A stretch of 64,000 nucleotides of DNA from Candidatus Magasanikiibacteriota bacterium (GTDB lineage Bacteria > Patescibacteriota > Patescibacteriia > Magasanikbacterales > UBA922), in contig JAKITS010000001.1 of the NCBI GenBank assembly GCA_021648085.1, positions 541,671 through 605,670 of the forward strand. The letters run 5' to 3'. The position numbers were made by a program, and so were the translations under genes. Below, one piece after another: positions 48,436-57,210 of the stretch (position 1 is the first letter of the stretch; every line of letters begins with the position of its first letter). The notes beneath the pieces are model-generated. The model had not been told where the DNA came from and did no database searches. It worked only from the letters and a program-made list of their open reading frames with translations.

Positions 48436-48463
48436 ATAAAATTATTTAAATATTTATTTTTAT

Positions 48464-49228
48464 TTAAGTGTGTTTTCGTAAAATTTCTTTTGCTAATTTT
48501 TGGTAAGATCTTGATCCTTTTCCCCACGGATCATATTGTAAAATTGTCTTACCAAAACTTGGAGCCTCCGCCAAACGAACAGTTCTAGGAATTACAGTTC
48601 TAAATATATTATTTGGGAAATGCTTATACAATTCATTTAGAACTTCCGACGAAAGTCTTGTCCTTTTGTCGTACATTGTAATTACAGCTCCTAAAATTTC
48701 CAAATCTGGCTTTATATTATCCTGCACAAGCTTTACAGTCTCCAAAAGCTGACCAAGACCTTCCAAAGCATAATACTCAGCCTGAACAGGAATTAAAACC
48801 TCTTGTGAAGCTAATAAACTATTCAAAGTCAACAACCCTAAAGCTGGCGGACAATCTACCAATACATAATCATAATTATCAGAAATAGGTTCCAATAAAT
48901 CTGTAAGTCTGTATTCACGCCTATCTTCATTTACAAGTTCCACATTTGCACCTGCCAAATCTGGCGTAGCTGGGGCCAAATGCAAATTTTCATGCTCTGT
49001 TTCCAAAACAATATCCACCATCCTAGCCTCATTGGATAGTGCATGATAAATATGCTTTTCTAAAGATTTCTTCTCAAATCCAAGCCCACTAGTTGCATTT
49101 CCTTGCGGATCCATATCTATAATTAAAACAGTTTTATCCATTTCAGCCAAAAATACAGCCAAGTTTATTGCTGTTGTTGTCTTACCTACTCCTCCTTTTT
49201 GATTTACAATCGAAATTACTTTTGCCAT
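48464..49228 (-). CDS. parA: Chromosome partitioning ATPase ParA/Soj (true start at internal Met; the track ORF has a spurious 40-aa N-extension)
   Basis: MAKVISIVNQKGGVGKTTTAINLA deviant Walker A directly after Met41. A TATAAT box on the minus strand lies ~20 bp upstream of this ATG. Confidence 0.88.
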   Translation of the reverse strand: MAKVISIVNQKGGVGKTTTAINLAVFLAEMDKTVLIIDMDPQGNATSGLGFEKKSLEKHIYHALSNEARMVDIVLETEHENLHLAPATPDLAGANVELVNEDRREYRLTDLLEPISDNYDYVLVDCPPALGLLTLNSLLASQEVLIPVQAEYYALEGLGQLLETVKLVQDNIKPDLEILGAVITMYDKRTRLSSEVLNELYKHFPNNIFRTVIPRTVRLAEAPSFGKTILQYDPWGKGSRSYQKLAKEILRKHT

Positions 49229-49259
49229 AACATAAAACTTAATGATATTATACAGTATA

Positions 49260-49288
49260 TTGACAAAACAGCAAAGAATGTGTATAAT
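49260..49288 (+). promoter_or_regulatory. Consensus sigma70-type promoter (TTGACA, 17 nt, TATAAT) driving tRNA-Leu, divergent from parA
   Basis: TTGACAAAACAGCAAAGAATGTGTATAAT, ~30 bp upstream of the tRNA 5-prime end. Confidence 0.6.
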
Positions 49289-49318
49289 AGTCCTAAATAT
49301 AAAAGATATTTCAAATAA

Positions 49319-49400
49319 GCCGAAGTGGCGGAACTGGTAGACGCGCACGACTCAAAATCGTGTTCCTTCGGGAGTGAGGGTTCGATTCCCTCCTTCGGCA
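49319..49400 (+). tRNA. tRNA-Leu (anticodon CAA), class II with long variable arm
   Basis: GCCGAAG-TG-GCGGAACTGGTAGACGC-GCACGA-CTCAAAA-TCGTG-TTCCTTCGGGAGT-GAGGG-TTCGATT-CCCTC-CTTCGGC-A. Confidence 0.85.
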
Positions 49401-49412
49401 CAGCACAGAATA
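49384..49412 (+). repeat. 29-bp direct repeat copy 1 (last 17 nt of tRNA-Leu plus 12 nt downstream)
   Basis: GATTCCCTCCTTCGGCACAGCACAGAATA; perfect match to 49543-49571. Confidence 0.75.
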
Positions 49413-49542
49413 ATGACACAATAGTTTGTGTCATGTGTGGGAATCGAAAATCGGAGCGATGTCTGAGTTTGCCCAAAGAGGTAAGGCGATGACCGCGAGG
49501 TGGGGTCGCGGAAAATTTACGTCAGTAAATTTATCTGTGATA

Positions 49543-49571
49543 GATTCCCTCCTTCGGCACAGCACAGAATA
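49543..49571 (+). repeat. 29-bp direct repeat copy 2 (partial duplicate of the tRNA-Leu 3-prime end)
   Basis: Identical 29-mer, 159 bp downstream of copy 1. Not part of a second tRNA: no matching 5-prime T-stem or acceptor stem. Confidence 0.75.
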
Positions 49572-49604
49572 TAAAATTCTTAAAACACAAACGGAGGTGT
49601 TGAA

Positions 49605-49790
49605 ATGAAACTTATTGAAAAGTTAATAGGATATTCAATAATATTATTTACTGTTTTTGCACTACCAAAACTATTTGGAATACAAGATAACACCACAACT
49701 CTTTTTTATGGAGGATTTTGTTTAATGGTTGGTGCAAGTTATATGACATATTATATGATTCGAAAACTCAAAGAATTAGATAAAAAGTAA
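49605..49790 (+). CDS. Small membrane protein (two TM helices)
   Basis: 61 aa; GGAGG RBS 6 nt upstream of ATG; hydrophobic. Confidence 0.4.
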   Translation: MKLIEKLIGYSIILFTVFALPKLFGIQDNTTTLFYGGFCLMVGASYMTYYMIRKLKELDKK

Positions 49791-49843
49791 TAAACCTTGT
49801 AAAAGGGTTTATTTTTTTTACAAAAAAGGCTATTATTAATATT

Positions 49844-50809
49844 ATGAAACTATATTTTGACATTTTAATTTTTACATCAATTATAGCAGTCGTACTACCT
49901 GCTTTTATTTTGATGCGCAACAAAATAAAATTGAAAAATTCTTGGGAACAGAAACATCCAAAATCTACAATTACAATCTCATCAATACTTTTGTTTTTTG
50001 CACTTTGTATTATTTATGGAAGTTTTATTGAACCAAAATTATTAACAGTAAATCACAAAATTATAGATATAGAAGGAATAGAAAATGAAATAAAAATAGC
50101 TTTTATTGCAGATTTTCAAGTTGGTCCATACAAACAAGAAGCTCATCTAAAAAAACTAATCGGAAAAATAGAAGAACTAAACCCAGACTTAGTATTAATT
50201 GGAGGAGATCAGATTATGAATGACGGCAGCTCGTTATCAGAATTTATACTTTTGACCCCACTTAGAGACTTAGCAAAAAAATACCCAACATACGCAGTTC
50301 ACGGAAATCATGAATATGGCGTTGGTAGAAACACAATAGAAGAAGATTGGGTTTGGTTACCAGATTTAAGTGAAAATACCAAGTGGTACGCACAATATTT
50401 GGGTATAAATTATTTAACAAACGATTTAGAGAAAATAAATATAAAAAATGAGAATTTTTACCTTTTTGGTGGAGATTCACTTTTAGCAAATAAGTTAGAT
50501 ACAGAAGTTTTAAACGAAAGAACAGAAGAAATTCCAACAATCGCACTTATCCATCATCCACTTGCTGTAAAAGAATTAGCGAACAAAAAAGTTGACCTCT
50601 TACTTTCCGGTCATACTCATGGAGGACAGCTTCGCCTACCTTTTATAGGACCTTTTGGAAAAATTGAAGCCAAAATTCCTATAAAATGGTACCAAGGATT
50701 TTCTAAATATAAAGATGTACGAATGTTTATCACAAGCGGAACCGGCGAAACCGGTGCTCGCTCTAGATTTTTAAACCCACCAGAAATAGTACTCTTAACT
50801 ATAAAATAA
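49844..50809 (+). CDS. Membrane-anchored calcineurin-like metallophosphoesterase
   Basis: 321 aa; N-terminal TM helices; phosphoesterase motifs GDQ...GNHEY...GHTHGGQ. Confidence 0.8.
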   Translation: MKLYFDILIFTSIIAVVLPAFILMRNKIKLKNSWEQKHPKSTITISSILLFFALCIIYGSFIEPKLLTVNHKIIDIEGIENEIKIAFIADFQVGPYKQEAHLKKLIGKIEELNPDLVLIGGDQIMNDGSSLSEFILLTPLRDLAKKYPTYAVHGNHEYGVGRNTIEEDWVWLPDLSENTKWYAQYLGINYLTNDLEKINIKNENFYLFGGDSLLANKLDTEVLNERTEEIPTIALIHHPLAVKELANKKVDLLLSGHTHGGQLRLPFIGPFGKIEAKIPIKWYQGFSKYKDVRMFITSGTGETGARSRFLNPPEIVLLTIK

Positions 50810-50845
50810 TTGACAGAAGTGCTAAAAAATGGTTAAGTAGGTGTA

Positions 50846-51328
50846 GTGTTCTTTACCAAAACTAAGGAGGTAGAAATGAGCGACCACAGAGAAAAAATTA
50901 GTTTTTTACTTGCTTTGCTAGGAGTGACTAGTAAGCTATCAGCTCGTTTTTCTGGAGTCATACAACTAACCGAAGAGTTAGCAAAAAAAGGATTAATCAG
51001 CGGTGGTTTTGAACTAACCGCTTTGGAAGAAATTTCAGACAGAACAATCTCAAACTACAAACACCTAACTGAAGAGTTTCTTATTGATGCTTTTGTAGAA
51101 ATTTGGGATGAAGATGAGATAGATAATATTACAGCTATTATCTTAAGTAATCCCCCCATTCAAAAGTTATTTTTGTCTGTCGGGAAGATGGCAAAAAAAG
51201 CCCATAAAAATGCAATAAAAAAAGTAAGTCAGCAAATTACTGCCATCGGGATTAAACTTGACCAAGAATCTAAACCTCTCGGGTTCAATGATCCTAAAAG
51301 AAAGTTAACAAAAAAACCACTAAACTGA
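50846..51328 (+). CDS. DUF2059-like small protein (FTEEEL-type motif), paralog 1
   Basis: 160 aa; NYKHLTEEFLIDAFVEI resembles the DUF2059 motif. Own terminator 51336-51368 (AAACCACCTTTAAAAGGTGGTTTTTTT). Confidence 0.5.
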   Translation: MFFTKTKEVEMSDHREKISFLLALLGVTSKLSARFSGVIQLTEELAKKGLISGGFELTALEEISDRTISNYKHLTEEFLIDAFVEIWDEDEIDNITAIILSNPPIQKLFLSVGKMAKKAHKNAIKKVSQQITAIGIKLDQESKPLGFNDPKRKLTKKPLN

Positions 51329-51422
51329 GAATGTAAACCACCTTTAAAAGGTGGTTTTTTTATTTTTAATATAAAGTGTGTTATATTAAATTAGTAGTTC
51401 ATTACAACAATAAGAGGTAAAA

Positions 51423-51851
51423 ATGTCAGACAGCGATACAAGAAAAATAGAACTCGCAGAAGAAATTTTAGTACTAAGTTTTGTAAGTCCAAGCTTCTTA
51501 CTAGAATCTATGTTTTTGTTTGCAGGGATTTTGATGAAATTTTCAGAAACAGAAGAATCAGAAAATATAGATGAGCAAAAAATAGTAGCTTTACAAAAGT
51601 CTGCTTCTGATTTATCGATAAGTCATGATAAAAAATTAATTAAATTATTTGCAGATAATTTTACAGAAGAAGAATTAGAAACTTTATTTGAATTAATAAA
51701 TGAACCACTCATATTAAGACTATTACTCTTAATAGGTACTGGCGGTAAAATTAAAGTAGAGATACAGAATATGCACATTGAATTAATTGAGTTCATTAGA
51801 ACAAAGTTAAAAGATATATTAATTAAGATAGACCTGTCCAAAATGAACTAA
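51423..51851 (+). CDS. DUF2059-like small protein, paralog 2
   Basis: 142 aa; FADNFTEEELETLFELINEP. Own near-identical terminator 51858-51892 (AAACCACCTTTTCAAAAGGTGGTTTT). Confidence 0.5.
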   Translation: MSDSDTRKIELAEEILVLSFVSPSFLLESMFLFAGILMKFSETEESENIDEQKIVALQKSASDLSISHDKKLIKLFADNFTEEELETLFELINEPLILRLLLLIGTGGKIKVEIQNMHIELIEFIRTKLKDILIKIDLSKMN

Positions 51852-51902
51852 CAAAACAAAACCACCTTTTCAAAAGGTGGTTTTATTTTTTCTTAATAAT
51901 AT

Positions 51903-52406
51903 CTAAATAAACCAACGAAGTATTCCACCTGCAAAAAGAGTCAAAAAGGTTACGATAGTTGCTGCTACACAAACACCAATCAAAATAAGTGGAAAAGACT
52001 TTCTAAAAGGAATATTAAAAACAAAAGATGCTAAAGATCCAGTCCAAGAACCTGTAAACGGAAGTGGTATCCCAACAAAAATTATTAAAGCGAGTGATCC
52101 GTATTTTTCATATTTTCCAGAAAACTTTTTCTCTGCTTTTTCTAGCTCATAGGTTAAAAATTTTCCAAAAATTCTATATTTTACTGCCAGTTTGTGAGCA
52201 TAAGGCATCAAAAGTAAAATAAATATTGCAGGTACCGTGTCCCCAACTACAGCAATAACCCAAACCTTCCAAATTGCCAAATTATAAACCTCTATTCCTA
52301 TTGGAATAGATGCTCTCAGCTCAGTTATTGGAATCATTGAAAGCAGAAAAATAGCCACTTCTGGTGGCATACTTAAAAACCAAGTTGCTGGATTCAAATT
52401 TAACAT
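51903..52406 (-). CDS. Small polytopic membrane protein, possibly of the small multidrug-export family (COG2426-like)
   Basis: 167 aa; 4 TM helices; N-terminal SMIPITELRASIPIG motif, recalled as similar to that family. Confidence 0.45.
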   Translation of the reverse strand: MLNLNPATWFLSMPPEVAIFLLSMIPITELRASIPIGIEVYNLAIWKVWVIAVVGDTVPAIFILLLMPYAHKLAVKYRIFGKFLTYELEKAEKKFSGKYEKYGSLALIIFVGIPLPFTGSWTGSLASFVFNIPFRKSFPLILIGVCVAATIVTFLTLFAGGILRWFI

Positions 52407-52435
52407 TTTTATTTAAATTATTTTTTATAATTTAT

Positions 52436-53470
52436 TTATTTTACACCTTCTTCTGGCCACTCATAATTTTCAAAAGTCCAATACGCGATATCTCGCGCTT
52501 CTGTAAACCTATCCTCATGAACTTCTGCACCAAGTACTGCTATACTTAATATTTTACCATTTTTTCCTTTAACTTGCATAGTAAAGTTGTATCCAGACAA
52601 AGGAATATAACCTGTCTTACCACCAATAAATTCACCAAAATCACTTGGAATCCAGCCAAGTAAAAGCCAATTTGTATTCCACATTTTATGTTTTTTTGCA
52701 TTTTTACCTCGACTACTTACTATAAATTCTGTTTCCAAAAGTGTTTTTCTAATCTTTTTATGAAGCATAGCTTCCTCTAAAACATGTATTATATCAGACG
52801 CTGTAGAGATATTCCCACCATCTAATCCTGTAGGTTCCACAAAAAAAGTTTCAAACATCCCAAGTTCTTGTGCTTTTTCATTCATTTTTTCTACAAAATT
52901 TTCTCTTTCATCTACTAAATCCACCAATGTCAAAATTGCTCTATTCGATGATCCAACCAAAGACAAACTCCAAAGCTCTTCTGCGGTAAAAACCTCTCCA
53001 CCTAAAATATGGCTGTCAAAAATATCATCATATATTACAGATGTTGTAGTGGAAAAATCGATATTATAATCCAACAAAACAAGTGCACTCATCAATTTCG
53101 TAATACTTGCCAAAGAATGAAAACTATACTCATTTTTTCCAAACAAAACCTTACCAGTCTCAACATCTTTTACAATAATACTCTCTGCTGTAAAATCCTC
53201 TGGATCAGCCATATCACCAACCAGTTCTGGTAATTTTGGCAACACAACGACAGGTTCTACAGGAAAATCGCCACCTTCCAATTTTTCATCTATTTTTGTA
53301 TTTGCAGTCTCAACAGCACTCATTAAAAAAGAAAATTCTACCATATCCAAAGAACGTACAACAACAGGTGGTGCAAATAAAAAAAGCACAACAGCAACAA
53401 CTGAAACCACCCCAATTATATCTCTAATTTTATTTGGCCAATCTTTTTGTGATTTTTCTGGATTAAACAT
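52436..53470 (-). CDS. dacA: D-alanyl-D-alanine carboxypeptidase (S11 penicillin-binding protein)
   Basis: 344 aa; N-terminal TM; SxxK (SITK), SxN (SSN) and KTG (KTGY) motifs. Confidence 0.8.
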   Translation of the reverse strand: MFNPEKSQKDWPNKIRDIIGVVSVVAVVLFLFAPPVVVRSLDMVEFSFLMSAVETANTKIDEKLEGGDFPVEPVVVLPKLPELVGDMADPEDFTAESIIVKDVETGKVLFGKNEYSFHSLASITKLMSALVLLDYNIDFSTTTSVIYDDIFDSHILGGEVFTAEELWSLSLVGSSNRAILTLVDLVDERENFVEKMNEKAQELGMFETFFVEPTGLDGGNISTASDIIHVLEEAMLHKKIRKTLLETEFIVSSRGKNAKKHKMWNTNWLLLGWIPSDFGEFIGGKTGYIPLSGYNFTMQVKGKNGKILSIAVLGAEVHEDRFTEARDIAYWTFENYEWPEEGVK

Positions 53471-53520
53471 AATTACTCAATAAACCTATTTTAAAATAAT
53501 ATTTCAATAAAAATCTTAAA

Positions 53521-54066
53521 TTAAAGTAGCTTTAAATTATTTAAAGTATTCTTAATATTATCATGTTCTCGAAGATTTGTATAGTCCGGAAGCTCTTCTA
53601 CAGAACTAATCCCCAAATATCCAAGTGCTTCTGTGGATAAAACATACAACGAAAATAAACCTCCCTCCTCTTCTTTTTCTGAAACCAAACCTCTCATCAT
53701 CAAATTTTTTAAAATAATTCCACAACTTACACCGCGAAGTTCCTCTAACTCAGATTTTGTAATTGGACCCAAATATCCAATTATAGTCAAAGTTTCGAGT
53801 TGTGGTTTTGTGAGTTCACTAGAAAGATCAATAGAAATAAATTTTTCAATTGCATCTAAGTTTTCTGGTTTTGAAGACATTTTATACAAAAAACCATCAG
53901 TAATTAAATGTAGTCCCGATCCATCATCTTTATACCTTGAATTTAAATCTTCCAATACAATTATAACTTCACTTTCTTCCACATCTAAAACTTTCATAAT
54001 TTCTTGGACAGAAACCCCTCTTCCAACCACAAACAATATAGACTCTATTTTTGATCCCAAATTCAT
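53521..54066 (-). CDS. scpB: Segregation and condensation protein B
   Basis: 181 aa; tandem winged-helix ScpB pattern; immediately downstream of scpA. Confidence 0.85.
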   Translation of the reverse strand: MNLGSKIESILFVVGRGVSVQEIMKVLDVEESEVIIVLEDLNSRYKDDGSGLHLITDGFLYKMSSKPENLDAIEKFISIDLSSELTKPQLETLTIIGYLGPITKSELEELRGVSCGIILKNLMMRGLVSEKEEEGGLFSLYVLSTEALGYLGISSVEELPDYTNLREHDNIKNTLNNLKLL

Positions 54067-54082
54067 ATTTTTTACTAGTAAA

Positions 54083-54784
54083 TTATTTGTTCTTAATCAT
54101 AATTTCACCAAATGCTACATTCTGTTTTATATTCAAAGTATTACTTTTTACCAACTCAAGTAAAGCTAAAAAAGTTATTACAATCTCTGCCTTTTCTTTT
54201 TTTGATGAAAAAAAATCACGAAATTTTATTTTTGTATTTTTCTTAAAAAAAAGCCTTAGATGACGAATACGCTCTCGCAAAGAAACTATTTTGAATAATT
54301 TTGCCTTTGGAATAGGTTTTGGTGGTTCCAATTTTTGAACCAACCTAACCATAAGTTTACTCAAGTTCATTAAATGCAATTTTTTTGGCATTATACCTGT
54401 TTTTTTAACTATTTTTTCTCCTTTTCTTCCTATAGAATATAACCTGCTTTCCCACATTTTTTGCACTTTTTTACTTTTTTCTAGAAACAACCTATAAATT
54501 TCCAGTTGACTCTCCAAACTCTGCACATCTTCTTCCTCAAAAACAAGACCCGGCAAAAGAGCTCTAGATTTCAACAAAAGTAAACGAGATGCAACCATTA
54601 AAAAGTTAGCAATTTCTTCTGCTGATTTTTCTTTTTCTAATAATTCTACAAAATCCAAATATTGTTCTGTCACAGAAGAAAGTGAAACCTCGTTTATGTC
54701 TAATTTTTGCTTCTCTATCAGTTGAAGTAGTAAATCTATTGGACCTTCAAACTGATCTAATTTAAAATGAATAGATACCTGCAT
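54083..54784 (-). CDS. scpA: Segregation and condensation protein A
   Basis: 233 aa; FEGPIDLLLQLIEKQKLDINEVSL N-terminal ScpA signature. Confidence 0.85.
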   Translation of the reverse strand: MQVSIHFKLDQFEGPIDLLLQLIEKQKLDINEVSLSSVTEQYLDFVELLEKEKSAEEIANFLMVASRLLLLKSRALLPGLVFEEEDVQSLESQLEIYRLFLEKSKKVQKMWESRLYSIGRKGEKIVKKTGIMPKKLHLMNLSKLMVRLVQKLEPPKPIPKAKLFKIVSLRERIRHLRLFFKKNTKIKFRDFFSSKKEKAEIVITFLALLELVKSNTLNIKQNVAFGEIMIKNK

Positions 54785-54791
54785 AATACAA

Positions 54792-56558
54792 CTAAACTTC
54801 CTCCTCTATCTTTTTTAAACCAAGATTTTTCAACTGCTCTTCGCTAATTTCTGCAGGAGAGCCTAGCATCACCTCTTGTGCTTTTTGATTTTTTGGAAAT
54901 GCTATCACACCACGCAAATTCTTCTCACCAAGTAAAAGCATAGCCATACGCTCAATTCCAGGAGCAAAACCACAATGAGGAGGTGCTCCATATTCAAACG
55001 CATTTATCATATGACCAAATTTTTTATTCACTTCTTCTTGTGAATAACCAGCAACCTCAAAAGCTTTATACATAATTTGTGTATCCTTATTTCGTACAGC
55101 GCCAGAAGAAAGCTCCAAACCATTTGCAACAATATCATACTGATAAGCTAAAACATCCAGTGGTTTTTCTGTTTCTAAAACTTCCATACCACCTTGTGGC
55201 ATAGAAAATGGATTGTGACCAAAATCAATTTTCTGATTTTTCTCGTCCCATTCATACATTGGAAAATCTACTATCCAAGCCCACGCAATCACATTTTTAT
55301 CTGCCAATTCCAACTTTTCTGCTGTTAAACTTCGAACAGCACCAAGTGCTTCACAAGATATTTTCCATTTGTCTGCCACAAAAAATACAATAGAATCTTT
55401 TTCCAATTTTAATTCTTTTTTCAATTCTTCCAACTCACCTTCTTTGAAAAACTTTACGACAGAACCCTCAAAAACACCCTCCACAAATTTCATCCAAGCT
55501 AGTCCTTTTGCGTGACTTCGTTTTGCAACATCTGTAAATTCTTCATCAATCTCTTTTCTTGTAAATTTATTTCCACCTCCAATCACTAAAGCTTTTACAC
55601 TTTCTGTATTTGAAAAAACATTAAATCCTGTTTTACTTCCCCACTCTGTGACATCTTGAATTTCCAAACCATAACGCAAATCAGGCCTATCACTTCCAAA
55701 TTTATTCATTGCATCTTTATACGCAATTCTTGGAAACTTCTTATCTTTTACTTTTTTACCAGCCAACTGCGTAAGCTCAGAAAATAAAGGTTCCATTATT
55801 TCAAAAAATTCATCTTGGGAGGTAAAACTCATCTCCACATCAAGCTGATAAAATTCTCCAGGTGAACGGTCTGCGCGCGGATCTTCGTCTCGCATACACG
55901 GAGCAATTTGATAATATTTATCAAAACCTGCAACCATTAGAAGTTGTTTATACTGTTGTGGTGCTTGTGGAAGTGCATAAAATTTACCTGGATGAATTCT
56001 ACTTGGTACCAAAAAATCTCTAGCTCCTTCCGGCGAAGAAACAGTAAGAATTGGAGTTGCAATATTTATAAAATCACGTGATTCCATATAATCACGAATG
56101 TGCTTTTCCATTTTTGCACGAAACAAAATATTATTTTTCAATTTTTCACGACGCAATTCTAAAAATCTATATCTCAAACGAAGCTCTTCATCTTCTTCTT
56201 GCTTTCTAGCATCAAAAATTTCAAATGGCATTGTTTTTGCCTCACTCAAAATTTCCAAATTTATAGCATTTACCTCTATCTCTCCTGTTTTTAAATTTTT
56301 ATTTACATTTTTCTCATCACGCAGCATCACATCACCTACGACTTTTATCACAAATTCATATTTCAATTTTTCAACCAATTCAAAATTTTCAACTCTTTCT
56401 GGATTGAACACAATTTGTGTAATCCCATATCTATCGCGAAGATCCACAAAAATTAAACCGCCCAAATCTCGGCGTTTGTGCACCCAACCAGAAAGCGTAA
56501 CATTTTTATTAGCCTCGTCTTTTGTAAGTTCACCGCATGTGTGTGTTCTGTATTCCAT
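54792..56558 (-). CDS. aspS: Aspartate--tRNA ligase (bacterial type, with GAD insertion)
   Basis: 588 aa; N-terminal OB fold, class II motifs (FRDE..PEFYQLD, GGMERM-like), ~120-aa insertion. Confidence 0.95.
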   Translation of the reverse strand: MEYRTHTCGELTKDEANKNVTLSGWVHKRRDLGGLIFVDLRDRYGITQIVFNPERVENFELVEKLKYEFVIKVVGDVMLRDEKNVNKNLKTGEIEVNAINLEILSEAKTMPFEIFDARKQEEDEELRLRYRFLELRREKLKNNILFRAKMEKHIRDYMESRDFINIATPILTVSSPEGARDFLVPSRIHPGKFYALPQAPQQYKQLLMVAGFDKYYQIAPCMRDEDPRADRSPGEFYQLDVEMSFTSQDEFFEIMEPLFSELTQLAGKKVKDKKFPRIAYKDAMNKFGSDRPDLRYGLEIQDVTEWGSKTGFNVFSNTESVKALVIGGGNKFTRKEIDEEFTDVAKRSHAKGLAWMKFVEGVFEGSVVKFFKEGELEELKKELKLEKDSIVFFVADKWKISCEALGAVRSLTAEKLELADKNVIAWAWIVDFPMYEWDEKNQKIDFGHNPFSMPQGGMEVLETEKPLDVLAYQYDIVANGLELSSGAVRNKDTQIMYKAFEVAGYSQEEVNKKFGHMINAFEYGAPPHCGFAPGIERMAMLLLGEKNLRGVIAFPKNQKAQEVMLGSPAEISEEQLKNLGLKKIEEEV

Positions 56559-56664
56559 ATTTTTAGTTCAATAAAAGTATTCAGTTTATTTCTATATTTT
56601 ACTTCATACCAAGGATAAAGGCAAGAAAAAAACTGGCTTTTTAAACCAGTTTTAATAATCTACT

Positions 56665-56898
56665 CTAAAAAGAAAAAATAAAATTTTCAACATCAGAATA
56701 TTCTTTTTTTGTAACTCCTATCTCACCAAATCTAATACTGAAAAGATTAACCAACAATATCATATCATTATAATTAGATAAAATCTTTTTTTTATTAAAA
56801 CTAACACAATAACCACTTCCCATACTACGAAAAGTATACAAAATATCCTTAAATTCAACCTCAACAATTTTTACAGCACCATCTCTTACATCACTCAT
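56665..56898 (-). CDS. Hypothetical small protein (77 aa from internal Met), translationally coupled to the upstream small gene
   Basis: GGAGGTGG 5 nt upstream of ATG 56898; this ATG overlaps the TGA stop of ORF 56891-57175 (ATGAGTGA). Confidence 0.45.
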   Translation of the reverse strand: MSDVRDGAVKIVEVEFKDILYTFRSMGSGYCVSFNKKKILSNYNDMILLVNLFSIRFGEIGVTKKEYSDVENFIFSF

Positions 56899-57175
56899 TT
56901 CCACCTCCATCTTTCTTTATGTTTCTCTCTATCATTTCTGCAAACATTTTAACTGTTACAAAATCTTCATAATCAACATTTAGATCTCTTATATTAAAAT
57001 CCCCTATAATCATGAGTCTTTTTATTGAGTCCATAACAATCACAAAAGCTATTAAACGCTCCGTTTTTTCAAAAAAGAATTTCTGTCCTTTAGTTTTATA
57101 ATATAAGATTGCTCCACAAAGCATAAGACATATTTTGTGTCTTAGCTCCTCTCTCTTATCTTGTGTAAGCATCAT
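56891..57175 (-). CDS. Hypothetical small protein (94 aa), first gene of a two-gene module
   Basis: Intact ORF between asnS and aspS; no family recognised. Confidence 0.45.
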   Translation of the reverse strand: MMLTQDKREELRHKICLMLCGAILYYKTKGQKFFFEKTERLIAFVIVMDSIKRLMIIGDFNIRDLNVDYEDFVTVKMFAEMIERNIKKDGGGNE

Positions 57176-57210
57176 ACCTCCTTTTTGGTTTTTGTTAAAA
57201 GAACTTTATT

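Noticed and set aside
49413-49542. Possibility that the segment after tRNA-Leu is a second tRNA, tmRNA or SRP RNA
   Set aside because: The second 29-mer lacks a complementary 5-prime T-stem and acceptor strand. There is no SRP domain-IV motif (AGGUCAGG...GGAAGGAAGCAGC) or tmRNA tag-reading frame. It is too short for tmRNA.
53633-54163. 176-aa plus-strand ORF
   Set aside because: Antisense to scpB/scpA; Ser/Phe-rich shadow translation.
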